In this document: piece after piece, positions 49,301 through 60,929 of the stretch
Layout of the letters: the number at the start of each line of letters is the position of its first letter
Position numbering within the stretch: position 1 is the first letter of the stretch
NCBI GenBank assembly: GCA_050273025.1
Contig: CP158635.1
Coordinates: forward strand, 9,424,001 to 9,488,000
Source of the DNA: Cenococcum geophilum
Lineage: Eukaryota
Direction of reading: 5' to 3'
DNA length: 64,000 nt
Translations under genes and position numbers: made by a program
The notes under the pieces: generated by a model
Seen by the model: only the letters and a program-made list of their open reading frames with translations
Told to the model about the DNA's origin: nothing
Databases searched by the model: none

Positions 49301-52300
49301 GAAGCTAGTATTTAAAGTAAAAGCTAAGTCCCTTATATATTGAATATTAAAGATAACGGATCTATTTATAATGTAAATAGAAAGCTACCAGAGTAAGGCC
49401 TAACTAAACACTATAAATGTAGTAACTGCGTATAAATAGAAGGTAGATAAAGTCTACTCAGTTAATTTATTGGTACTAGATGGAACAGTTATAGGAGGTA
49501 TAGTGGAATAGTAAGAGGTGGCCTTACGTTAATAGAAGGCGTCTATTTAAGGATTGCCTTTTAAACCGTATAATTATTCTCTTAAGCCGCGATACACTAA
49601 GCTGGCTTATGGTGTATAACTAAAGCTAAAAATAATTAGAGCGTATAATTATAGGAGACATTTAGCTAAGAGAATAAGAGATCCTTAAGGCTATGTTATT
49701 TAACTAAAAAGAGGCTCTAGTATGGGAGTTCTTTAAGATAGGTCGCGTTAGTAGAGACGTAACTTCACTATTAAAGATTAAAACTGTGCCGTATAAAGTA
49801 TAGTAAGTACTAAACTTTCTAGTACCTAGGGCCCTATAAGGAGAAGTAATAAATATATTATAAGAACGACTAGCTTAAGGGACTCTGGAATATTGTAAAA
49901 GCCTATATAGGAATTTATAGTTTTTTATAAGTAAGAAGGAACGTAATAAGTACTAACTAATTAATGTGGCGATGAATATTAACCGAGTAACTATTAGGGA
50001 CGCAAATCTGCCGCTATATACCAATGAATTTTCCGAGGAGTTTATAGGGTATAAGGTTATGTCTTTAGTAGACTTCTTCTCTAGCTATAACTAATTAGAG
50101 CTAGATATAGAAAGCCGGAACCTAATAGCTTTTATAATACCTCTGGGACTTTTATAATAAATAACGGTACTTATAGGAGGTATAAATTTCGTAGCCTAGT
50201 TCGTGCGGACGATTACTAAGATCTTAGAATAATATATCCTACACTATACCCTGCTACCCCTAAATAATATTATAGTAAAAGGCCTATAGATAGTGTATAA
50301 TAGGGAGGAGAGCCTTTTAGGTATACGTAGATATATTCTAGAATATATTATATAGCTAGACGGAGTGCTTGCAGATTTAGAACGAGCTAGGTATATAATC
50401 TTAGGCATAAAGTCTTATTTCTATAAGGACGAGATTATAGTGGTTAGCTACTACTGTAATAGAAAAAGATAATATCTAGAAGAATTAAAGGTTGTAAAGA
50501 TTATTTACTAAAAAGACTGTGAAGATGTTATGTCGGCCTAAGCGTTTTTAGGAATTGTTATATATTACCGAATATAGGTAGAAGACTTTATAATTAAGGC
50601 AGAGCTAATCTTTTAACTGCTATAAGTAAACGTTCCGTTTGTATAGGGTATAGAGTAAATAGCCGCTATAAAGACTCTAAAGTATATAGTTACTACTATA
50701 CCTGTATTAGTTTAGCTAGATTATAGTAAAGGGGCTAGGCTAATTATTCTCGCTATTAACGGATGTAAGAATGGATAGGGGTGCGGCCTTATGCAACTAG
50801 ATATATAAGGTTATTGTTATTTATATTAATATAAAAGTAGTATCTAGTCTTGGGCGGAGCAGAAATATAACTTAGAAAAGCTTAAATGTTAGGTATTGTT
50901 GCATATGTTAAAGAAGTGTCGCGTATACCTATACGGCGTTCGCTTTATAGTGGAGATAGATATAAATACCCTAGTTATATAACTAAATTGTGCCGCTACT
51001 AATTTACCTAGAGCCTTAATAATAAGATGGCTAGCATGGATCCAGCTATAGGACTTTAATATTAGATATATGCTAGGGAAGAAGAATAGCCTAGCTAATA
51101 GACTTTTGCGATAACTACCTAATGGTAAATAACCTAATGAGCCAACTAAGGATATTAAAGAGTTTATTAACTGTAAACTAAGTGCCTTAAAATATATGGC
51201 TGCCCCATTTAAAATAGAAGCGGGTTTGCCATTAAAAGACTTATATTTAGAGAAATCTTAGAAGATTATAAAGTGGCTAGTAACCTTATAATGTCCGGAA
51301 GAGATAAATACTAAGGAGTTTAAGAAGTTTAAATAATATACGCTGAAGTTCCTAGTGTGTAATTGGTAGCTTTTTTACTAATAGTTTTAAAAAAAATGTA
51401 CTAATATAAAGGGTAGTTAATAATGACGCTTAGTAGAAGATTATTAAAAGCCTTTATAATTAAAGCGGGTATTATAGATAAGAGGGAACGTATTAAAGGG
51501 TCTTAAATTAATATTAGTGGCTAGGGCTATAGGATTAGATATTATAGTATATTAAGTCATGTTTGTAATACTAGGAGTAATAGCTAGGATAGGAAGAAGA
51601 AGCGATATACCCTATATGGGAGTCCACCTTATAGTAATAAGTAGTAGTGGATATTATATTTATGCCTTTAAGCCGTCTTAGATTTTAGTACCTAGCTATT
51701 ACTTAAGAATATATATCTAGATAGGTGGAAGCTCGCGCCCTTTAAAATAAGGATGCAAAAAGTATAGCGAAGTTCCTCTACGAAGATGTTATCTGCTAAT
51801 GGGGAGCATTTAGACAGCTCTCTATAGATAGTGGAGGAGAGAACACTAACGTTACTGCTATGCTTATAGCTTCTACTTACTATACTTAGGCGTAAGGCTT
51901 TATAAAGCGAGGTTATAAGCCTATAGTAGATGCTTTAGTAAAGATAGATAGCTTATAGCTGGATAATCTTTATACTATTTTATGGGTAGATAGGATAACT
52001 ATTAAGCGGTCTACGGGAATAATACCGGTAAGAGTTATATATAGATATAAGTATATCCTTTTTATTAAACTCTATATACCTACTTAGCAGATACTGCCTT
52101 AGTAAATAGTTCGGACCACTATAGAGCTACTAGCACTTTATATAAAGTAGTTTAACTAAAGAGACGTAGATATAAAAGAGGCTATCGCGCGTATAAGACG
52201 ACTAAGGGTAGTAAATAAAGAGTACTTTAATAATACCTACTATATTTGCCAAGATAGATTTAAGGTTAGAGATATAGTTATACTTTATAATACGCAGCTT

Positions 52301-52660
52301 AAGTAAAACTATTTTAGCAGTTGTAAATTGGACCTAAAGTAGCTAGGCCCATTCTATATTTATAAGACTTACCCCTATAAAGGATAGTATTTAATTAAGG
52401 ATTTTAACGGCATGCTATTCCGCGATTAAACTCTAGGGAATAGATTAAAGAGGTTTTATTAATAATAGATATCTAAAGTCCGCTAGGAGGATAGGCCTAA
52501 CTAGTTAGGCAGAACTGTACTATAAAAAATAATAGTAGAGCTAGAACCTAAAGAAGATGTTATATAAGATCTACTATTATTATAACGCCGCGTAGTTTAA
52601 GAAGTATATATTTTAGAAAGATTGTTTAATAGAACTAAGTACGAAATGTTTAAATAAGGG
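46366..52660 (+). pseudogene. Element D gag-pol
   Basis: ATG at 46366. De-RIPed protease CLIDSGAELNL (~48652), RT DFFSGYDQ (~50071) and LDDIVVKGP (~50260), RNase H LAVDGCKNGWG (~50749), integrase H-H-C-C and core (~51455-52100). The end is approximate. Confidence 0.88.
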
Positions 52661-53098
52661 ATAGTTAAGTTCTAAGGTGGGGGAGGGGACGTAGATAATA
52701 GCTATATAGTTTATCTATTTATTCGCTATATTTCCTAAAGCTCTTTTTATTACGCCTGCCTTTTAGTTATAGGAATTTGATACGTATTAACAGTATAGTA
52801 AAGGCAGAAAAATGTTTGCATATAACTATTTAGTATTATTTACTATAAAGATATTAGTTCCGCTTACCGCCTTTACTAAGCTAATAGTAATTTTCTATAC
52901 TAGGTATAGAAAATTATAATTAGTCTATTTAACAATTAGAGCCGGCAGAACTCTATACTACTACCTAAATTTAGTAGACTATTTAGATTAGAAAACCCTA
53001 TTTAGAACTTTACCTTTTCGCCCTTAATAAACCTTAGAGATAATTATAATTAGTTAAAGCAGAAACTAGGTAGAATTAAGAATAATAATATATTTATT

Positions 53099-55945
53099 AT
53101 ATCTTTATCTAGTAGACTACTAGTCCTCTATAAAGGAGCTAAGTAATAGATTAATAACGTCCTAGCGGAAGTTAGAGGCTTTGTAGTTAATTAGCGTTAA
53201 ATAGTGCTTATCCAAATCTATAACGAGATTTTACTCTTATGAGAAAACTACGTAGATGCTGCTAGTGTAGTAGTTAATTCTATTAACTAAGATAACGGAC
53301 TATAAGCATCTCTAGGAAAGAACGCATTTATATTAATCTTTAAGGATATCTCTAACGTTAGTAAAATGGCTAAAGATTAGAGAAACTAATATAATGAAGC
53401 TAGAGAAACCATCTAAAAGGCCTAGGGATAAGATGTTTTTAACGGACCGCTAAAATATATAATCTCTTATAACTTTCTCTCTGCTATCTAAAAGCTCGAA
53501 ATCTACCTACTTCCTAAAGTTATAGTAAGAGTTAATAAAGCTCTAATTAATAGGCTTAAATATCTAGGACGCGGTATTAAGAATACTACTTAACTATAGC
53601 TAACCGATTTTGCGCTCGCGTTTAAGATATTAGGAAGGGCAATATTAGACTAGGTAGTAAAGAAGTATAGTTTAGGAAGACACTTAACTGGCTTCCTTAT
53701 TCTAAATAAGGACCTACTACTAAGAAGTAGGAGACTGGCTACCGTAGGACTAAAGGTTACTAATGTCGGAATTAGATAAGCAGAAAAGAGCTTAGCTCTT
53801 ATACTGTAAATATATTTATAGTATGCTTCTAACGTAATAAATCCCTTAGCTTTTTAGCCATTAACACCTGTTTAAGGAGGAGGCGTTAGTATTATGCTAA
53901 GTCCGTTCTAATAAGGATTACCTATATTAGTTAACTTACCTTTATTATCTATAAATAAGAGCATTCTCGCAGCTAGAACGCTAGTTAGCTCGCCCCTACG
54001 GCTGCTAATATCTTTGTTAAGAAGGAATTTAAGAAAAGGGCTAATAATTGCTTACCCGGAAGTAGGAGGGCTAGAAATAAAATTAATATTTAATGAAAAT
54101 GTTATTAAGCTGGGAGATAATAAGAAGTATATTAAGGAGGCCGTAAATACTATAGCAATACTATATATAAAATAAGGATGTGACTATAAGGATAACGTAC
54201 CCGCTTATTTTAAGGTGTCTTTAAACTAAACTACTAAAATTAAACTAACTAAGGTTATAAAGCTCTTGCGTAGTTAGTATAGGGTAGCTAGTTCTAATCT
54301 AAAGATATATAAGGTCTGCTAGATGCATATATAAGCCATAAAAGGATATATAGGTTTAGTAATAAAGGGTTTAAATTATACCGTACTATATTACAGACTC
54401 TATTTAATATATTACGCTTATAACTACCTTAGTACTATAAAGACTAATCCTACTACGTACTCTTAGTTTAGAAAGGCTTATAGACCTCTAGTTCCGTTTA
54501 ACTCCTTAGGACTATATAAGTTTATTTACAACTTAGCGCTAAGGTTTTTATATAATAGAGAGGCTTTACTTAATTAGATAATATTACTAAAAGATTAAGA
54601 AGTATGGCAGCGAGAAGGATCTGTAATTTTAAACGTGTTTAGATAGTAGTAGGATTCTAGTATCTTAGTAATAATTAATAAGGAAATGCGTATATACCGC
54701 CACTATTAGCGTCTAATTAATAGACGGCTAAATTATAGCTAGTTAAAAACGATGGTTTATGGTCTTTACTAATAGCTAATAAGATAAGACCCTTAGTATT
54801 ATTGTTTTTATTACGCTCTCAGACCTAATAGTTAGTGGCGACTTATTTCCTACCCTTATTATATAAAATTTATAGTTAAAGGAGACTCTATAGCTTTCCG
54901 CTATATTAATATTAATATTCCTTTACTTCTTAAAAGTAGATATAGTGCTAATATAATCTAAGGGAGTATTTCTCTAGATAATAAGACTAAGGATAACTAT
55001 ATGATAATCCTACCCGGTATATATTATTACCTAAAATTATAGTAGGAGGATCTTAAGGCGCGAGGGTTAATTAAGGGCGATGGGTTTATTTATAAGATCT
55101 TTAACTAAGACTAGACTACTAAAGACATAGAAAAGTATGCGATTAACTAGGTAGCTTAGCTATATAAGAAAGGAGATATGCGTATAACTATGCCTTACCT
55201 TCCTTATAGAGTAAAAGGACCTTTAACTAGAACCTAGCGAATAATACTACTATAGTTTATTAGTATTTAGGACGATTATAATAACCTTAAGGTTACTAAA
55301 GGAGGTACTTAGGTAGAGTTAGTAGATATGCACTAAGACTTAAGAGCGCCGCCCCGTACGCTGTCTAGACATACTAATCTCTACGGCGCAATTCTATATT
55401 GCTTCCCTGTAGTAGTTAAGCTTATAGCTGCCAGCGCTCTATCTAATACCCTTCTTAGTAAACGATAATAGGATTCTCTAGCAGTAATCTAAGATTATAA
55501 TCTTCTTCTTGCTGGTAATGGGAACGAAGTTATAAAATAGATATACTCCTATTATTTAAAGGCCGTTAAGAACTATAAGGATGCGTTTTAGCTTATATAT
55601 ATAACTAAAATACGGCGCTTTAACAGCCGCTTATACTTCTACTGCATTAACAATAGAATTGATTCTTTAACTATTATGGTAAATCTAAGTAGAGTACCCC
55701 TAATTGTTGTAGAAGGATAGAGTTATATAAAGTTACCTAAAGAATTATAGGATAGAACTAAGTAAGTAAAAGGACACGAAAGAGCTATATTATCTAAGAG
55801 CCGCTAGTCTAATATATCTTGTACTACTCAGCCAGGCGGATAAGAATGGTCTCGTTTAACTAGAATAGAGTCTCCTTATTTACTATTTTAGGTTTATAGT
55901 AAGGGCAAGGAACGCATATAATTACCTACCACGCCTTTATTTTGA
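53099..55945 (+). pseudogene. Element D ORF3, ~950 aa, with a C-terminal PhyH-like 2OG-Fe(II) dioxygenase domain
   Basis: One reading frame at every point checked; the stops read are RIP-type. De-RIPed FRHID (54896-54910; literal FRYIN), IQGSVSLDDE...CTMILPGMH (54956-55024), GDVRITMPHLPHG (55172-55210), distal Arg at 55238. The start ATG is inferred from ATA at 53099. Confidence 0.75.
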
Positions 55946-56694
55946 AGATAAGGAGTTTTAGAGTTTTGGAAGTCATTAGGGGACAACAACTTAGATAGGG
56001 GAGGTATGTGGTAGTGTGATTTAGCCCCCTAGATTTAATATCTAGATTAGGCGTAGCTTTGGGATAGCCTAGGCCTTTTATAGTTATATAGGTCGGTCTA
56101 AAGCCCTTAAAGTCTTTAATAACTCTAGCGACACTAATAGATATATAATTTTCCTTTAATACACTCTTTTCTTTCTCTTCTTATTACTTAATTCTAACTA
56201 ATGGTGACTAACTAATAGACTAACTAACCGATTAACAGACAGCACTGAGACTTTCCTATCTTAGAGAGGTCGTACCCTCCTATACTAGTAAAGGATATAA
56301 GCTAAACTAGATCCTTATCCTTATCTCTATATTAGGACAATCTTCCTCCTAAACTAAAGAACCTTAAAGAACTAAGAAAGTATCCTTTAACTACTAGCTT
56401 TTAAAAGGCTATAGAAAAAGAATATAACGACCTAAAACGCCGAGGGATATTTAAGACTATACTAAAGGTAGAAGCATGTAACGAGTAAATCCTTTTACTA
56501 AAATAGGTCTTTAAATATAAGCTTAATAGCGACGGCTACCCATAAAAGCTTAAAGCTTAACTGTGTGTCTGTGGAGACCTGTAGATTACTGAAGAAGAGA
56601 CCTATGCAGCAACCCTAGCTATTCGAATATTCTATGCCCTTATAGCTATAGCAGCCGCATTTAATTTAGAAATTTAACAGTATAACGCCATAAA

Positions 56695-57762
56695 TAGTGA
56701 TCTTTTTAAACTGGAGTGGAGTAGATTTAAGCTTAGATCTACTCTATCTAGCTAGTAAATTGTTTCACTCTAGGAGCTCTATAGAGCTTTAGTGCATTTA
56801 TATACTAAATATAGAAAGGCTTAGCGTTAGCGTAGTATTATAAAAGGAAGGGTAGATATAAAATAACTTACTAAAAGCTACCTATACTATACCTTACAAA
56901 TAACCTTATTCTTATAGTTGCTTATTTAGCTTCTCTTCCTCCTTATTAGTCACTCTACCTAAGTAGCTGCCTTTGCGGCAATAGCAGTAACAAGTTAGGC
57001 CTTTACTGCTTCCTTAAGCGGCACCCTTTTGCAAGGCTCTCCTACTAACTTATCTACTTCCTTATTATTAAATATACGTTTAGCGGTGGCCTATATAAAT
57101 ACTAAAGAACCTTATTTACCTTAATTATACTTATTTATAATTGGGAACGCCAGTTACTAAAAAGGATCTTACAGCTACTAAAGAGTCGCTCGCATTTATT
57201 GCCTGTAAGAGGCATAGCTAATATATTAAGCGCAAATCGAGTAAAATCTGGCTGGCTGCCAGTATTGTAAGACGTTAAAGTGTTAATTCTCGATAAGAAG
57301 TACACGGTTAGTAGTAAGATATTCCTTAAAGCAATTAATTGGCAATAAATTATTATATTCCTAATAAGTCGTCTTAAGGCGTTTATAGGCTTCGGATATA
57401 GAAGACAATTGGGTTAATAAATATCGATCTATAATAGCAGTAAAAAAAAAGATAAGGATAAATTAATTAAAGCGACAACAATAATAACGACGATAACGGG
57501 GGCAAAAGGAACACTTGTATACACTAGAGTTTTCAGATTATATAGTTTATACACCTATTATAAAATTAAAGCTCATCCTTAGTCTCTGATTAGCTTACCC
57601 TAATATTATACCTACCCGAATTGGGTTAGAGAATTAAAGCTCTAAGAGCTCCATGACTTTAAATCCACTCTATCTAACCAATTAAATTAACAGGATCTAG
57701 TTTAGTTAAACTATGGCTCCACTATAGAGATCTAAGATTAACCCAGTCTAAAAAGATTACTG
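56695..57762 (-). mobile_element. Non-autonomous hAT transposon (internal deletion derivative)
   Basis: 20-bp TIR TAGTGATCTTTTTAAACTGG / CCAGTCTAAAAAGATTACTG; 8-bp TSD GCCATAAA/GCTGTAAA (host GCCGTAAA in B1). Minus strand reads QPDFTRFALDMLAMPLTGDECERLFSSCK (~57255-57165), a hAT dimerisation motif. Confidence 0.88.
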
Positions 57763-59421
57763 GCTGTAAACGCATTTATAAATGCCAAGCTTAGTAAACT
57801 AGTATACTGCTACTGGCTAGAAGGATTTAATTAAAACGGATATATCCTAAAGCTACTTATAGCGCTATATGGATTAAAAATCTCACCACTACTTTAGTAT
57901 AAAGAGCTCACTAGTACCCTAGCTAAATTTAGATTAAAACCTATCCTAGGTACTAACTGCCTATTTACTAATAGACAACTTATTATCTTCTTCTACGTAG
58001 ATAATATTGCCGTTTTATTTGCTAAAAAGGACCTTTAAAAACTTAAAGAATTTAAAGCTAAATTACTATAATAATACGAGATCCGTGTACTAGGAGACCT
58101 ATAGTAGTTTTTAAGAATTTAAATTAAATAAGATTAAGTAAGTAGAAAGCTCTGGCCCTGCCAAGACTCCTATATTAAAAAGATAGCCAATAGATTTAAT
58201 ATTTAACTAGGTAGATTTCCTAAGTTATTATTTCCTATTAAAGAACTAATTCCGTCTAATTAGTAGACAAACCCTTAAAGGACCCTAGCCTACTAGTAAT
58301 AAATAGGGTCTCTTACATACCTTACTGTATTTAGAAGACCTAATATTATAAAGACGTATTCTAAGCTAGCTAAATTCCTTACTAATTTAAATTAGGGACA
58401 CCTTAACGCAGCGAACTAAGCTATTACCTACTGCTTTAGAATAAAATCTACAGCTATTAAATACTTAGGGGAAGCTTTCGGAGCACACGTTTACTTTAGA
58501 AACCCTAAAGGAGAAGATATTACCTTTTATGGAGCATTTAACGTAGTATTTACGGACTATAAAGAGACCAGACGGAGCTCTTAAGGATATCTTTTTATTC
58601 TATTTGGAGGTCTAATTAATTAAAAGGCGACCCTATAGCGATTAGTAACTCATTTAACTACTAAAGCAGAGCTTCTCTCCCTATTTACTACTGCCGTTGA
58701 AATTATCTGGTAGTAATAATTCTTTAAGGCAATCGGCTTTTTAGAACGCGAATTTACCCTACTATGCGACAATATGCAGACTATACGCCTACTTAGATAG
58801 GACACACTAAAACTTAACACCAAGCTTTAATATATTAACGTTTATCAGCACTGGCTTAGATAGGAAGTCTAAGATAAAAAAAATTTAACGTATAATAGGT
58901 TCCTATAGACAAAATACCCGCCGACGGCCTTACTAAAATCTTACCTCGTTAAAAACACAAAGTATAGATAAAGTAGTTGTATTTAGTAGATATTCGATAT
59001 TAGATTACTACTGCCTTATCTAGCAACTAGTATTATTGCAATATTTACAATATCCGCAATATCCGCAAGATACTGTTACAATTACCCTACCCCTTTGCTA
59101 CCCCTAAATTGTATTTAAATTTCCTATTTTAGTATAGTCTCTACCTTTATTTTTGTCTTCTATATCTTTAACTACACCGTTAAATTTAGGGGGGTGTATA
59201 ACCGACTACCGGTACTATACTAAGACATATAACTACAGCTTAAAAGGCTCCATAGTACTACCCTTATATATCTTATATACCTTATATATAGCTTAAATAA
59301 GTTAAAGATTAAGTCACAGACCCTACTATTAGGGCTCTACTTTTGTGTATATATTTCACCTAATTTCTATAGATTTACAATTAAGTCGTTTACTTAATTC
59401 TCCCACACTGTAAAGCTTACA

Positions 59422-60929
59422 TAATAGCCCTATAAAGTCGCCCATACCAACCAGAACCGTATTACCGTTACTAGCGAAGATACAGTCGTTTAACACCCCA
59501 TATATCTTACAAACGCTAGATTTCCATGTCGGCAGCATACCGTTTAATTAATTACCACAGTAGTCCTCCACTGGGAGTACGCTAACCTTCCTCAATACGT
59601 CTATATTAAACCTCTTAGTATAAAGTAGGTATATAACTTCCTAAAACGGCAGGATAAGCTTCGTTGCTGCTATATACGTTTAATTAATTAAGAACGAGCT
59701 CTTATAAATAACAATCCTAGCCTTATTTAGAGATTCTTTACTAACTATACTAACGCTATTACTTAATATAATATTAGCGAATTTAATAAGTGGAATATAG
59801 ATAAGACGGGCTATATAATAGGACTAGCTTTTACTGTAAAAGTAGTTATATTAAGAGGCAGAATTATTAATTTTAAGACGATTAACGGCAATAGGGAGTA
59901 GGTTACCCAAATTAACTCAATTAGTATGCATGGGCAAATAATTCCACCATTTATTATTTTTAAAGGGAAATAGTATACAGATTTACTATAGGAAACAGCA
60001 AAGGAAGCTATAGGCGAGTGCTTAATTAGAATAACGGAGAATGGCTAGTTAAATAAAGAAATGGGTCTTAAGTAGCTTTAATATTTTAAGCGTTATACTC
60101 GGCAAATAGAGGCATAAGAGACCTCTAGAATTAATAACCCAAACGTTAAATACTATAGCCACCGATTACTTATTATAGATAGGCACAGCTCTTATACTAA
60201 TCTTAAGTTTATAGAGTTCTGCTAGAAGTATAAGATTATTCCTATATATCTTCCACCTTACTTAACCCACTTCCTACAGCCTCTAGATCTTGTTATCTTT
60301 TTAGTGGTTAAGCGCCTATATTCAGCTAAAGTTAATAAATACGCAGCTCGCGGTATTACTAGTATTAATAGAGACTACTTTCTCCAGATCCTAGGTAAGA
60401 TTAGGCCTTAAATATATACACCTAAACTAATTAACAGTGCATTTAAAGCTGTAGGCCTCTTTCCTTTTAATCCCAATTAAGTCCTCTAACGCCTTATAGG
60501 GCAACCCTCCTCTGCGCGACTATATATACCTCAGCTAAACGAACTAACGCTTTTATCCTCACCTCTATATCTAAAGACTCTAAAAAGCCATTCCGATTGA
60601 GCTCGGTACAGCTATATAATCTATTATTTAAATACTACTTCTAAAGCAATTAACGTTATTATTAGGAAGCTTATAAGCCAAATAGATTTAATAGATAAAG
60701 GTATAGAAATACTATGGCTAGCAAACATAGAGCTTCGCAATGGCGCTGCAGATAGGAGAGCTAAGAAAAAAAAGAAGCGGGTAGTACTTTCTACTGAATC
60801 GGTCCTTACTACTAAATCGGCTAAAGTACTTATTAACGCTAGGGGGGCTATAGAGGAGGCTAAGCAGAGGACTAAGAATATTAAAGAGCGGCTTAGAAAG
60901 GAGAGAAAGGAGATAGCTATAATTGCTAA
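59422..60929 (+). pseudogene. Remainder of the pogo/Fot1 transposase (DD35D), interrupted at 60929 by A4
   Basis: Frame continues from 27488. De-RIPed WNMDETG (~59791), NREWVT, PPFIIFKG, RLLIMDGHSSH (~60163), LPPHSTHFLQPLD (~60250-60288). Confidence 0.92.

Larger units (their letters stand above)
37890..56284 (+). mobile_element. Ty3/gypsy element D (non-chromovirus, Ylt1-like), ~10.6 kb without A3, with an extra ORF3
   Basis: 278-bp LTRs at 37890-38167 and 56007-56284 (TGTGG...CCACA de-RIPed); 4-bp TSD CTAG; PPT AGATAGGGGAGG at ~55993-56004. Confidence 0.9.
27489..59421 (+). mobile_element. Ty1/copia B2, full-length but split by five insertions
   Basis: 225-bp LTRs at 27489-27713 and 59197-59421; TSD CAACA/TAATA (RIPed). 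Pieces colinear with B1: 27714-27950, 28757-29101, 29241-29334, 35321-37889, 56285-56694, 57763-59196. Confidence 0.93.

Noticed and set aside
53099..55945. ORF3 as a retroviral env gene
   Set aside because: No signal peptide or transmembrane anchor is evident after de-RIPing; the motifs fit a dioxygenase.
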